Part shown: positions 51,538 through 61,663 of the stretch, piece by piece | How positions within the stretch are numbered: position 1 is the stretch's first letter | How the letters are laid out: each line of letters opens with the position of its first letter | NCBI GenBank assembly: GCA_963737265.1 | Contig: CAVTRY010000011.1 | Span: forward strand, 1,120,001 to 1,184,000 | Reading direction: 5' to 3' | DNA: 64,000 bases | DNA from: an uncultured delta proteobacterium | Lineage (GTDB): Bacteria > Myxococcota_A > Polyangia > Fen-1088 | The notes under the pieces: model-generated | What the model was told of the DNA's origin: nothing | What the model saw: the letters and a program-made list of their open reading frames with translations, nothing else | Databases searched by the model: none | Made by a program: the position numbers and the translations under genes

Positions 51538-51733
51538 TCCGGTTCTTCTGGCCGTGATCCTCGGGCAGAGTGGTCAGCCACGCGATCTGACGGCGGAGAT
51601 GTACAGCCATGCCTGCAACACCGGTATGGCTGTGGCGCAGCGGGTACTGCCACAGGTCTCCGAGGAACAGCGGGCCGACTTTCTCCGTCGCGGATACGAC
51701 AGCTGTCGTGGAAGCCTATCGCGGATACAAAAG
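51530..51733 (+). pseudogene. Second cassette-3 ORF truncated by ISL3
   Basis: AAGGAG SD; frame runs into the ISL3 end. Confidence 0.45.
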
Positions 51734-53145
51734 CGCCCATCACGCTTTCGGGTGAGCTTCCGTCGAGGGTCAGTGGCAGCATGAGAAATACAGGATCTGC
51801 ATGAGGTTGTCGGGGTTGCGGTAGCCGTGGCCACGCTGGCTGATGCCGCGAACACGTGAATTGTTGCCTTCGAGGGCTGCGTTGGAAAGACCGTGCTTGG
51901 CCCAGGCAATAACGCCCGACCAATGGCGCTTAATCATGTTCCAGAATCGCTGCCCCATACGACGTCGAACTGCTCCTTGAGCAGGTACGCTACCTGGAGA
52001 CGTCGGTTGAGGCGGAATAGCTCGTCAAGCTCGCGACGGCGACGCCAGTGAAGACGACGACGCTTCTTGAGCAGGAGGAACTTCTTGCCTCGGATGGCCT
52101 CGCGATACAGGCCACCCTTGCGCCAAAATTCCGCCTTGCGGACCTGGTCGACGGCGTCGGTGAGGTGGTGCTCGATGTGGAATCGGTCGAAGACGAGGTC
52201 AGCCTGTGGGGCATGTTCGCAGATGGCGTTGATGTAGCCTTGGGCCATGTCCAGCGTGACTGCCACCAGCCGATGCGACCGGCGCGGTCCCAGCTTCACG
52301 AAAAACTGCTTGAGTGTTTCCTCCTGCTTGCCCTCGCCGATCCAAACCACGTGTCCGGCCTCGTGGTCCCAGACGATGGTCAGATACTTGTTCTGGCCTC
52401 GGCCGTAGCTGACCTCGTCGACGCCGATGATGCGAAGCTTGCGATGGAAGCGGCGCTCGACCGCATCCTCGACCCAGTGGGTGATGAGGCGCATGACGGT
52501 AGTCCAGTGCAGCCCGAGTTGGCGGCACACGCCGGCAATGGAAGTCGTGCGGGCACGCCGCAGGACCTCCGCCTCGAACATGTGAGTCATGCGCGAGCCG
52601 GTGCGCGCCCACGGGACCTGTTCGACCCGGATCCCACAGCGGCGACAGCGCACGCGCCGCAGAGGCGCGATGACGACCGTGCGGATGCCCCAACCGTCGA
52701 GATGACGCCAGGCCCGGGCGCAATTCTTGATATCCAGCGCGCAGCGCTTGGTCTCTCCACAGCCGGAGCACACAGCCGACTGCCTGGTCGGATACAGGTG
52801 TACATGCCAGGAGCCATCGGTACCGCTGTAGCTGTCGAAACTGACACGCCAGCCGTTTGCAATGGCCAGCTGCAATGCCAAAATACCAGGGACGGACGTT
52901 CGTTGGGAGTTCCTCGTGATTTGCATAAACCCGAAGGATCACCGACGGACGTCCACTTTTCATTTCGCGCACCGTCGCGCGCGGCGACGAGATCCTCGTC
53001 GTCGCATAGCAGCACCTGAGCCGCCAGCGAGGAGGCCGTCACCCGTAGGGCCGGAGCGAAGCGGAGGAGGCGCGAAGCGCCTTGACGGCCCCCGGAGCGG
53101 CGGCTACGCCGTTGCCTTCGCAATCACCCGAACGCGCGATGAACC
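51734..53145 (-). mobile_element. ISL3-family insertion sequence (defective)
   Basis: Imperfect terminal IRs GGTTCATCGCGCGTTCGGGTGA / CGCCCATCACGCTTTCGGGTGA; no matching TSD. Confidence 0.8.
51770..52926 (-). pseudogene. ISL3 transposase with frameshift/deletion near 51955
   Basis: Zn finger, IGVDE, VTLDM, FDRFH; SNAALEGNNSRVR...GYRN lies in another frame. Confidence 0.88.
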
Positions 53146-54062
53146 TGATTTTCTTGTCGCGCGTGCGGAAGACGACCTCGTTGTCATCGACGTGCAGCAG
53201 CCGCTGGTTGGAGATGGCGACCCGGTGGGTGTACAGGCCAAGGTATTGAAAGAGAGCATCGGGGTTTTGGAAGGGTGCCTTCGCATAGACCACCCAGTTC
53301 TTTTCGTAGAGAGCATTCTTGAGGTGGGCGAAGGCGGCGGGCTCGAACGAGAGCGGCGACGGCTTTGGGAGGGCGCAGACCGGGTTTGAGTTTGCCGTCG
53401 GCAACCAGGCGATTCAGGCCATCGAGGAATTTCCCGCGAAACAGTTTGCCGAGGACTTTGACCGGAAGCAGATACTTTTCAGGCGAATCGACCCACGCGC
53501 CGTCGGCGCCGAGGCCGCCGCCGGTGACGATGCAATGAAGGTGCGGGTGAAAGATGAGATTGCGTCCCCACGTATGGACGACGCCGGTGACGCCGACCAG
53601 TGCACCGATCCGTTGCGCGTCGTGTGCGAGTGCAAGGATGGTTTCGCTGGCCGCTTTGAACAGCAGGTCGAGAAGCAAGACCTTGTATTCGCGAACCAGC
53701 GGGCGCAATTCGGCGGGCAGGGTGAAGACGACGTGAAAGTGGCGCACGGGCAGTGCGCGCTCCATGCGCGCGGCGACCCAGCGGGCTTGTCGCAAAGCCT
53801 GGCACTTGGGGCAGTGCCGATTGCGACACGAATTGTAGACCACGCGCGCGTCGCCGCAGTTTGCGCACACGTCCTTATGGCCGCCGAGCGCGCCCGTGCG
53901 GCAGACGGAGATGTCCCGCAACGCCCGGCGCTCCATGGCGCCGAGCGCGTGAGTTTGCTGAAAGGCCTGCCCGTGGTCGCGGAATATTTTTCCGATATCA
54001 CGGGCAGACGAGAGCCCCCGCCCGGCCGCGCAGGCGGGAGACTCGTCGTGCGCCGACTTCAT
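53146..54062 (-). pseudogene. IS91-family (Y2) transposase, 3'-truncated by ISL3
   Basis: YNSCRNRHCPKCQ, HVVFTLP, HPHLHCIVTGGG, WVVYAK, YLGLYTHRVAISN; +1 shift near 53346. Confidence 0.9.
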
Positions 54063-54065
54063 CGG

Positions 54066-54309
54066 TCAGCGCGGTGGTTGCGGGTGTTTTACTTTTCGTC
54101 GTCGCAGCGTCGGGCATGCACTCGTCGCGCGGGCAAGGTCGACTTTGCCGTCGCCCAGGGCATCGAGCGGACTGGTCACGCTAGCCAAGTGCTGCTTCGA
54201 CACTTGCAGATAGCGTGTCGTGTTTCGGATCGACTGATGCCCCAGCAGGACCTGGATGGTGCGCAGGTCTTCGCCCGATTCGAGAAGATGCGTGGCGAAG
54301 GAATGCCTG
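54066..54309 (-). pseudogene. 3' part of the tyrosine recombinase gene of the IS91-like element
   Basis: [24 protein letters not shown]...TTRY; continues from 63689-64000. Confidence 0.88.
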
Positions 54310-55005
54310 TTATGCCGAGCTCGGCATGACAGGCATTATGCCGAGTGCCCGGTTATGCCGAGTGAGTCTTTCGATCTCGCTCGATCATCGGAGATTCCCT
54401 CGGCAGATGGGCTTGCAGACTCGGCATAACCAGGGCGTCGTCGTCTCTTTCTGGCTACTGGGCCGAAGGAGGACACATGCCCCGGATGCACGACGACTTT
54501 GTGGAATGGCAACGACTGCGTAGCGGCCCCTTGGGTCCGCACCTGGACACGTTTGCGGCGACGCTCACCGAGAAGGGATATTCGCCCGCCACCGTGGCGC
54601 TGAAGGTGCGCGTGGCAGCGAAATTCGGACAGTGGCTTGGACGGCGAGGACTCGCTATCGGTGAGGTCGACGAGCAAGTCGTAGTCCGCTTCGTCCAGGG
54701 CCATCCTTGCTCGCCCCGGCGTGGGGACGCGGCGACACTGCGTGTTCTACTTGAACAGGTCCGTTCTGCCGGCCTGGCCCCGCCAGCCCCAACTAAGGTC
54801 GATGACACTGCGATCGGGCGGATCGTGAGCGAATTCGGCCGGTATCTGTTGGTAGACCGTGGCCTGTCCGTCTCGACTCGGATCAGCTACCTGTGCTGAG
54901 CGACAATTACATCTCCCCAAAGACGACAGCTACGTCGCCCCGCTTTGAGGCGCGACGGTGACCGTGAGGTAGACCTCCAAGCCCGCAAGCGGGCAGGAGG
55001 CACCT

Positions 55006-56505
55006 TTGAAGCCGGTCACCGACGCCCAAGTGAGGCGTTTGATGGAAGAGATGAGCAAGATTGGAAAAGTAGGCCAGGCCGCCATGAAGGCGGGCATGGA
55101 CCGGAAGACAGGGCGGCGATACATCGCCGCGGGCAAGCTACCGTCGGAGCTACGGCAGCCGCGGTGGTGGCGGACGCGCCCTGACGCGTTCGCCGAGGAC
55201 TGGCCAGCCGTGGCCAAGTTGCTGGAGGAAACGCCTGGGCTGGAGGCTCAGACGGTGCTGGAGCTGCTGGAGGCGAAGCAGCCAGGGCGGTACAACGAGA
55301 GCCATCTTCGGACAATGCAGCGGCGAATCCGTCGCTGGCGGGCCGAGCATGGTCCTGCGCGTGAGATTTGGTTCACGCAGGCGCATCGGCCCGGTGAAGC
55401 CGCGCAAACCGACTTCACGTCGACGGCGGAGCTTGGTGTGACGATCGTGGGCCAGCTATTTGTGCACCTTTTGTGCGTGACGGTGCTGCCGTACTCGAAC
55501 TGGCAATGGGCGACCGCGTGTCTGTCGGAGTCTCTGGCAGCGCTTCGGCGAGGGATCCAGTCGGCGCTGTTCCAGCTTGGGCGGGTGCCGCGATACCACC
55601 AAACCGACCACTCGACGGCGGCGACACATCAGATCGCTCGCGATGCGGAAGATCGCACTTTCAACGATGAATACAAGGCGGTCATGCGGCACCTCGGAAT
55701 GGAGCCACGAACTACAGCCGTCGGGGCCAAGGAACAAAACGGCGATGTGGAGGCCAGCAACGGCGCGCTCAAGCGTCGGCTTGAACAAGCGTTGCTGGTG
55801 CGTGGCAGCCGCGACTTCGCGGACCAAGACGACTACGAACGCTTCGTAGCCAAGGTGGTCCGCAAAGCCAACGCTTCGCGAGGCCCGCGCGTCGCCGAGG
55901 AGATCGAAGCCATGCGGCCGCTGGTGGTGGAGCGTTTGCCGGAGTACGCAGAAATGACGGCACCTGTGGCGTCGACGAGCACCATCCGGGTCAAGTCGTG
56001 CGCCTACTCGGTGCCGTCGAGGCTGATCGGCGCACGGGTGAGAGTCCGCGTGTTCGAGCACCGAATCGAGGTGTACTACGCCGACAACTTGGAATTGGCC
56101 TGCGACAGGCTGCGAGGCAAGACCGCGCGCATCGACTACCGGCACGTCATCTGGTCTTTGGTGCGCAAGCCGGGCGCGTTTTCTCGCTACGTCTACCGAG
56201 AAGAGCTGTTTCCAAGCGTGACTTTCAGGCGGGCATACGACGCGATCCAGGCGACCAAGCCTGGAATCAAAGGCGACGTTGAATACCTGCGCATTCTTCA
56301 CCTGGCCGCCAGCACGATGGAAGCCGATGTCGAGCAAGCGCTCACGACTCTGCTTGCCGATGGGACCATCTTGACGGCGGATGCAACCAAGAAGAGATGC
56401 ACACAGGCGACGGACAGTACCTATCCACCGAGCGTCCCCGCGCTCGAAGCACCGCTGGTCGATCTCGCGTCCTACGACCTGCTCCTCGAACAGGTGGCAT
56501 CATGA
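55006..56505 (+). CDS. istA: IS21 transposase IstA
   Basis: PGEAAQTDF, QTDH, NGDVE, YSVPSRLIG. Confidence 0.92.
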   Translation: MKPVTDAQVRRLMEEMSKIGKVGQAAMKAGMDRKTGRRYIAAGKLPSELRQPRWWRTRPDAFAEDWPAVAKLLEETPGLEAQTVLELLEAKQPGRYNESHLRTMQRRIRRWRAEHGPAREIWFTQAHRPGEAAQTDFTSTAELGVTIVGQLFVHLLCVTVLPYSNWQWATACLSESLAALRRGIQSALFQLGRVPRYHQTDHSTAATHQIARDAEDRTFNDEYKAVMRHLGMEPRTTAVGAKEQNGDVEASNGALKRRLEQALLVRGSRDFADQDDYERFVAKVVRKANASRGPRVAEEIEAMRPLVVERLPEYAEMTAPVASTSTIRVKSCAYSVPSRLIGARVRVRVFEHRIEVYYADNLELACDRLRGKTARIDYRHVIWSLVRKPGAFSRYVYREELFPSVTFRRAYDAIQATKPGIKGDVEYLRILHLAASTMEADVEQALTTLLADGTILTADATKKRCTQATDSTYPPSVPALEAPLVDLASYDLLLEQVAS

Positions 56506-57351
56506 CCAACGTCTCCGTAGACACGGTCAAGCCGAGCGCGCTCGAACGCTCTGCTGGTGCTTCTGCGCGCGCTCAAGCTGCCTGCCTTCACCCGGCACGC
56601 CGAGGAGATCGCGATCAAGGCCAGCCGCGAGGGGTGGACCTTCAGCCAATACCTCCAGCACCTGGCCGAACTGGAAATCGAAGAGCGCCGAACCCGTCGC
56701 ATCGATCGCGCGCTTCGCGATTCGGACCTTCCCACGGAGAAAACCCTGGCCACCCTGGAACGTGGTCGGCTGTCACCCAAGGTGATGAAGCAGATGGCGA
56801 GCCTGTGTGAGGGTGGCTTTGTCGAACGTGGGGAGAACCTGCTCGTCTTCGGACTGCCCGGCCGAGGCAAAAGTCACGTTGTGGCTGCCATCGGCCACGA
56901 ACTCATCCGGCGCGGCTACCGGGTCCTCTTCACGCCGACCTTCGCGCTTGTCCAGAGGCTGCTGGCCGCCAAGCGCGACCTTCGCCTGGAACGAGAACTG
57001 GCCGCGCTCAACATCTATCACGCCGTGATCCTCGACGACATCGGCTACGTCCAGCAGAGCCGCGATGAAATGGAGGTCCTTTTCACCTTCCTGGCCGAGC
57101 GGTACGAACGCAAGAGCGTCCTCATCACCAGCAACCTGGTCTTCAGCGATTGGATCCGCATTTTCAAGGATCCCATGACCACCGCCGCCGCCATCGACCG
57201 ACTGGTCCACCACGCGGTCATCCTTGAGATGACCGGCCCCAGCTACCGCAGCGAAGAAGCACGAAAGAGAGGCGTCACCACCCCAGCGACAACTACGACA
57301 ACTACCGATCAACCAACGACAACTACCCCCGACAACAATGGGGCGATGTAA
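56502..57351 (+). CDS. istB: IS21 helper ATPase IstB (+1 shift near 56546)
   Basis: GLPGRGKSH, ILDDIGY, ITSN, AAIDRLVHH; ATGA overlap with istA. Confidence 0.92.
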
Positions 57352-58515
57352 TTGACGTCACCGGGTGAATGTAGTTGACGTCCAGCACTACCTGCCCATT
57401 GTCCGCTCGTTCCTCGCGGAGCGGTTCGATGGCAGGAAGGTGCACCTCAATGCGCTCGGGCCCCAGGATGCGGGTGAATTCCTGGTCCGGCATGTTCACG
57501 TGGTCCATCCAAAGAGAGCCGCTCTGATGGTGACCGCCCTACGCAGTCTTCTACGGTGGGCGCATTTGAAAGGAGCCCTGGCAGCGGACCTAGCGGCGAC
57601 GGTACCCGCGGTCGCCTGCTGGCGCTTCTCAACGGTGCCGAAATCGATTCCGGCGCGGGACGTTCGAGCATCTTCTGCGCCGCTGTCGACGAAGAAGCTC
57701 CGAAGCCGGCCTGCGCGACCACGCGGTCCTGATGCTGATGGCACGACTCGGCCTTCGCGGTGGAGAAGTCGTGAGCCTGGATCTGGCAGACTTCGACTGG
57801 GCCGCCGGCACGGTGCGGGTCCACGGCAAGGGTGGGCGGCAAGACGTCCTCCCGTTGCCGTCCGATGTCGGCAAGGCCGTCGCCCGGTACTTGCGCCATG
57901 GCCGCCCAGCATGCTCGTGCCGGAGAGTCTTCGTCCGCGCGAGAGCACCACGACGTGGCTTCACAACCACGGGCGCAATCTGTACGATCGTGAGGCGTGC
58001 ACTGGAGCTCGCCGGACTGGACCCACCATGCAAGGGCGGGCACATTCTTCGCCATGCGCTCGCCTGCTCGATGCTGCATCGAGGAGCGACCCTCACCGAG
58101 ATCGGACAGGTCCTGCGACACCGTCGAGCCGACACGACGACGATTTACGCGAAGGTAGATCTCCAGGCACTACGTGCTCTCGCTCCTGCATGGCCGGGAG
58201 GCAGGCGATGAGTACGCTCTGCGAAGGCGTCGAGGCGTACCTGTCGCTGCGACGTCGGCTGGGCTACAAACTGGACCGCTCGTGTTCCGAGGCGGTGTGA
58301 GTGCGGCTGAGCGGCGGGAGATTGTGCTCCCTCCGTGATGGCATCGGTTGGACAATCGCCATCATTCCCGTCGTGGAAATGTTCATGGCGGCTTGCGGGG
58401 AATCAGGGTAGTGGCGGCAGGGAAAGGAGGAGCATCGGCATCTCGCTGGCCGCAGCTATGTAGGTGACCAGGAGGGCGTATCCACCACCCTGCCTGGTCG
58501 TGCTCCGCACCCGAC

Positions 58516-59148
58516 GTGAAAGGAAACGAAAGGAACGGAGCGCTTCAGACAATCGTGCATGGCAAGGTCGGGGTCAAGCTCTGGTTGGCGGCAGTGCCAG
58601 GCGTGGACTTGCTCAGACCGAGCACCTGCCCTCTATGTGGACGAGCTGGCTGTCCGCCGGGAGCAAGTCTTGGGATCATCGGGCACGGGCTGCGCTCAAG
58701 ACAGTTTTGGGGACCGCCAGGACCGGGGCAAGTGCCCAAGATGGTCTTGCTGCTCGTCCGTCGCTTTCTCTGCAAGTGCGGCGCCGTGCTCACCGTGGTT
58801 CCTTGCGAAACGATACCGGGACGGCTTTACACCTCGTCTGCGGTCGGGTGGGCGTTGGCCTTGTTCGGGGTGCAGAAATTGTCTATTGCGGAAGTGCGGC
58901 GACAGACGAGTCCGCGGACGATCATCGGCGAGACCGCCATCACCGGTTGGGCCACGTTGCGGCGCTGGATTCGCGCCATTCGTGCGGGCACGCTGCTGTC
59001 CGGACTGCGCGCTTCGCCGTCGGATTTCACCGCACGGCAGGCGGCTGAGCGGGCGGCGTTGGGACTCGCTTCACTCGGGCCGCCGCCCTCGAACGAGGCG
59101 TCTGTGGCAACCCGGGCTTTCCAAGGAGCGACGCTCGCTATGCGATGA
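58516..59148 (+). CDS. Transposon-associated Zn-finger/HTH protein
   Basis: CPLC...GHG...RRFLCKCG...TLRRW; start uncertain. Confidence 0.7.
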   Translation: MKGNERNGALQTIVHGKVGVKLWLAAVPGVDLLRPSTCPLCGRAGCPPGASLGIIGHGLRSRQFWGPPGPGQVPKMVLLLVRRFLCKCGAVLTVVPCETIPGRLYTSSAVGWALALFGVQKLSIAEVRRQTSPRTIIGETAITGWATLRRWIRAIRAGTLLSGLRASPSDFTARQAAERAALGLASLGPPPSNEASVATRAFQGATLAMR

Positions 59149-59265
59149 CCATCAGACTTTTCCCGTCGCTGGGACTTCGCCCACCCGCGAAGATCCCTGC
59201 CAGGCGTGGCCGGAATGAAGCATGGCTTTACCTGCATCGCACACCGCGATTGCAGAAGGGACACC

Positions 59266-60630
59266 ATGACCGACCTACAAAGCCTGAAGCCCAAGGACCA
59301 TGCCGAGGAGGTAGCCATCTTTCGCAGCGAGATCGTCGGCGCACTCACCCGGCGAGATCTCGACCACGGAGAGTTGGCGGCGACGCTGAAAGATCTGGCC
59401 GCCGAGCGCTACCGGCCGCCGGGAGCGGACAGCACGCGCAGATTCTCCATTCCGACGCTGGAGCGTTGGTACTACGCCTACAAAGCTGGAAGCCTAGATG
59501 CCCTGCGCCCCGAACCACGCAGCGATAGTGGACGCGCGCAGGAGCTGACAGCGGAGCAGCGCACGCTTCTGTGCGACATCCGGCGCGAGCACCCCTCGGC
59601 TTCGGTGCCCTTGATCCTTCGCACCCTGACCCTCGACGGACGATTGAGCAAGGACGCGGTGTCGGCCTCGACGGTGCGGCGGCTTTTCGCCGACGAGGGA
59701 CTGGACCGCATTCCCATGCGCGATAGCAAGGGGCCGAAGACCAGGCTGCGCTGGGAAGCCGAGCGGCCTGGGGCGCTCTGGCACGGTGATGTCTGTTACG
59801 GCCCGGCGATTTCGGTCGACGGCAAAAACATGCCGGTGCGAATTCACGGACTTCTCGACGATGCCTCTCGCTTCATCATCGCGCTGGAAGCGCACCACAC
59901 CGAGCGCGAGGTGGATATGCTCGGCATGTTTGTGCGCGCCCTGCGCAGGCATGGGCCACCCGATGCCTTGTACCTCGACAACGGCAGCACCTATCGCGGC
60001 GACATCTTGTCCACGGCTTGTGCGCGCATGGGCGTCTCCCTGTTGCACGCGCGTCCCTACGACCCGCAGGCACGTGGAAAAATGGAGCGCTTCTGGCGCA
60101 CCCTGCGCCAGGGATGTCTCGACTTTCTTGGCCAGGTGTCGTCGTTACACGACATCAACGTGCGACTGTGGGCCTTTCTCGACGAGCACTACCACAAGGC
60201 GCCGCACGCGTCGCTGCTCGGCCGCGCGCCCGCGCGCGTGTACGAGGCAGCCGAACGTCCCACCGACCGCTTTGACGAGCACAAGCTGCGCGAGGCGCTG
60301 ACCGTGCGCGTGCGCCGCCGCGTACGCCGAGATACCACGCTGCCACTGGAGGGTACGGACTGGGAGCTTGACCAGGGCTTCCTCGCAGGGCGACTGGTCA
60401 TGGTGGCCCGTTGCCTCGTCGACATGAACGAAGCTCCGTGGGTCGAGCACGAGGGAAAGGCGCTGCCTCTTCATCCCGTCGACCCTGCTAAGAACGCCCG
60501 CCGAAAGCGCTCAAATCGTGGCGGGGGACATGCGACAAAAGCCTCGCGACCGGTGCCCTTCGATCCGCCCTCCGTGCTGCTCGACCGAGCCGTCGGCCGA
60601 AACCCTTCGCCACAAGGAGGTGACCGATGA
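59266..60630 (+). CDS. DDE transposase (rve core, Mu/TnsB-like)
   Basis: LWHGD, LDDASR, YLDNGS, GKMERFW. Confidence 0.92.
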   Translation: MTDLQSLKPKDHAEEVAIFRSEIVGALTRRDLDHGELAATLKDLAAERYRPPGADSTRRFSIPTLERWYYAYKAGSLDALRPEPRSDSGRAQELTAEQRTLLCDIRREHPSASVPLILRTLTLDGRLSKDAVSASTVRRLFADEGLDRIPMRDSKGPKTRLRWEAERPGALWHGDVCYGPAISVDGKNMPVRIHGLLDDASRFIIALEAHHTEREVDMLGMFVRALRRHGPPDALYLDNGSTYRGDILSTACARMGVSLLHARPYDPQARGKMERFWRTLRQGCLDFLGQVSSLHDINVRLWAFLDEHYHKAPHASLLGRAPARVYEAAERPTDRFDEHKLREALTVRVRRRVRRDTTLPLEGTDWELDQGFLAGRLVMVARCLVDMNEAPWVEHEGKALPLHPVDPAKNARRKRSNRGGGHATKASRPVPFDPPSVLLDRAVGRNPSPQGGDR

Positions 60631-61442
60631 CGCCTGCCTATCTCGGCCACTTCGCCCTCGAACGCGCCCCCTTCTCCAAGGAGATTGCCGACGTCGACCT
60701 GTGGATGCCGCCTTCCAAGGAGGCCCTGGTACACGAGCTGTGCGAGGCGCTCCATGAGCGTGCGTCCATTATCCTCACTGGCGATCCCGGCGCCGGCAAA
60801 ACCTGCGTCCTGCGTGCCTTGCGCCACAGGCTGCCGCAAACTGGTTTCCGTCTGACCTACTGCCACAACGCCACTCTCGGCCGCCGCGATTTCTATCGCC
60901 AGCTTTGTCTCGCCTTGGGGCTCGCGCCTTCCGCCGCCGCCGCGGCTCTCTTCTTCGCCGTCTCCTCCCACGTCGAAGATCTTGGCCGCGAGCGTGTTCA
61001 CCCGGTCTTCCTCTTGGATGAGGCCCACCTGCTCCACCAAGACATGCTGGATCATCTGCACATTTTGCTGAACTACCAGTGGGACAGTAGGGCGCTCCTG
61101 TCCCTCGTCCTCGTCGGCCTGCCAGAACTTTCCGACAGGCTCGTCCTCCGTCGCAATCGATCCTTGTACTCGCGCATTTACACCCGGCTCAATGTCGCGC
61201 CCCTGACCCCGGACGACACCGCCGACTACATTCGCTCCAGACTCAAACAATCAGGCTGCGACCGCGAGCTTGTCACGGCCGACGCCTTGGCCATGCTCCA
61301 CGAAGCCGCCGCCGGATCTTTGCGCGACCTCGACCGGCTCGCCACCGCCGCCCTTCGCGACGCCGCCCGCAGAAAGCGAAAACTCGTCGAGCGCGATGCC
61401 ATCACCCGTATCGTCGACTCCGAACCCAGGGATCCAGCATGA
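60627..61442 (+). CDS. ExeA/TnsC-like AAA ATPase
   Basis: GDPGAGKT, LLDEAH, LVGLPEL. Confidence 0.92.
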   Translation: MTPAYLGHFALERAPFSKEIADVDLWMPPSKEALVHELCEALHERASIILTGDPGAGKTCVLRALRHRLPQTGFRLTYCHNATLGRRDFYRQLCLALGLAPSAAAAALFFAVSSHVEDLGRERVHPVFLLDEAHLLHQDMLDHLHILLNYQWDSRALLSLVLVGLPELSDRLVLRRNRSLYSRIYTRLNVAPLTPDDTADYIRSRLKQSGCDRELVTADALAMLHEAAAGSLRDLDRLATAALRDAARRKRKLVERDAITRIVDSEPRDPA

Positions 61443-61663
61443 GGCGCCCACCGCCACCACACGCCCAGATCCATCTGCCTCCAATGGACGCATCGTATGC
61501 CCTGACCATCGTCGACGTGTTCGAGCGGGCCATCGCAGCCATCTGGCGTGCCCATGGCGATGCCATCGCCGACCTGCAGGCGTTGCGCGGGATCGAAACA
61601 CCCAGGCCCCCTGACGCCGTCTGGGAATCTGTCCCCGACGGCCCTCACGACGACTGCTTCTGA
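61439..61663 (+). CDS. Small hypothetical transposon protein
   Basis: ATGA overlap with the ATPase gene, inside transposon ends. Confidence 0.55.
   Translation: MRRPPPPHAQIHLPPMDASYALTIVDVFERAIAAIWRAHGDAIADLQALRGIETPRPPDAVWESVPDGPHDDCF

Larger units (their letters stand above)
54894..57387 (+). mobile_element. IS21-family insertion sequence
   Basis: TGCTG...CAGCA ends, 7-bp TSD CTACCTG (54887-54893, 57388-57394), istA-istB. Confidence 0.94.
54477..58211 (+). pseudogene. RIT recombinase A interrupted by IS21 (54477-54893 + 57395-58211)
   Basis: Rejoins ISYL|PIVR; LGLRGGEV, HILRHALA, TTIYAKVD; +1 shift near 57663. Confidence 0.88.

Noticed and set aside
56502-56560. Programmed frameshift in istB or the other split genes
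   Set aside because: No slippery sequence; the same TCGA-adjacent +1 pattern occurs in unrelated genes.
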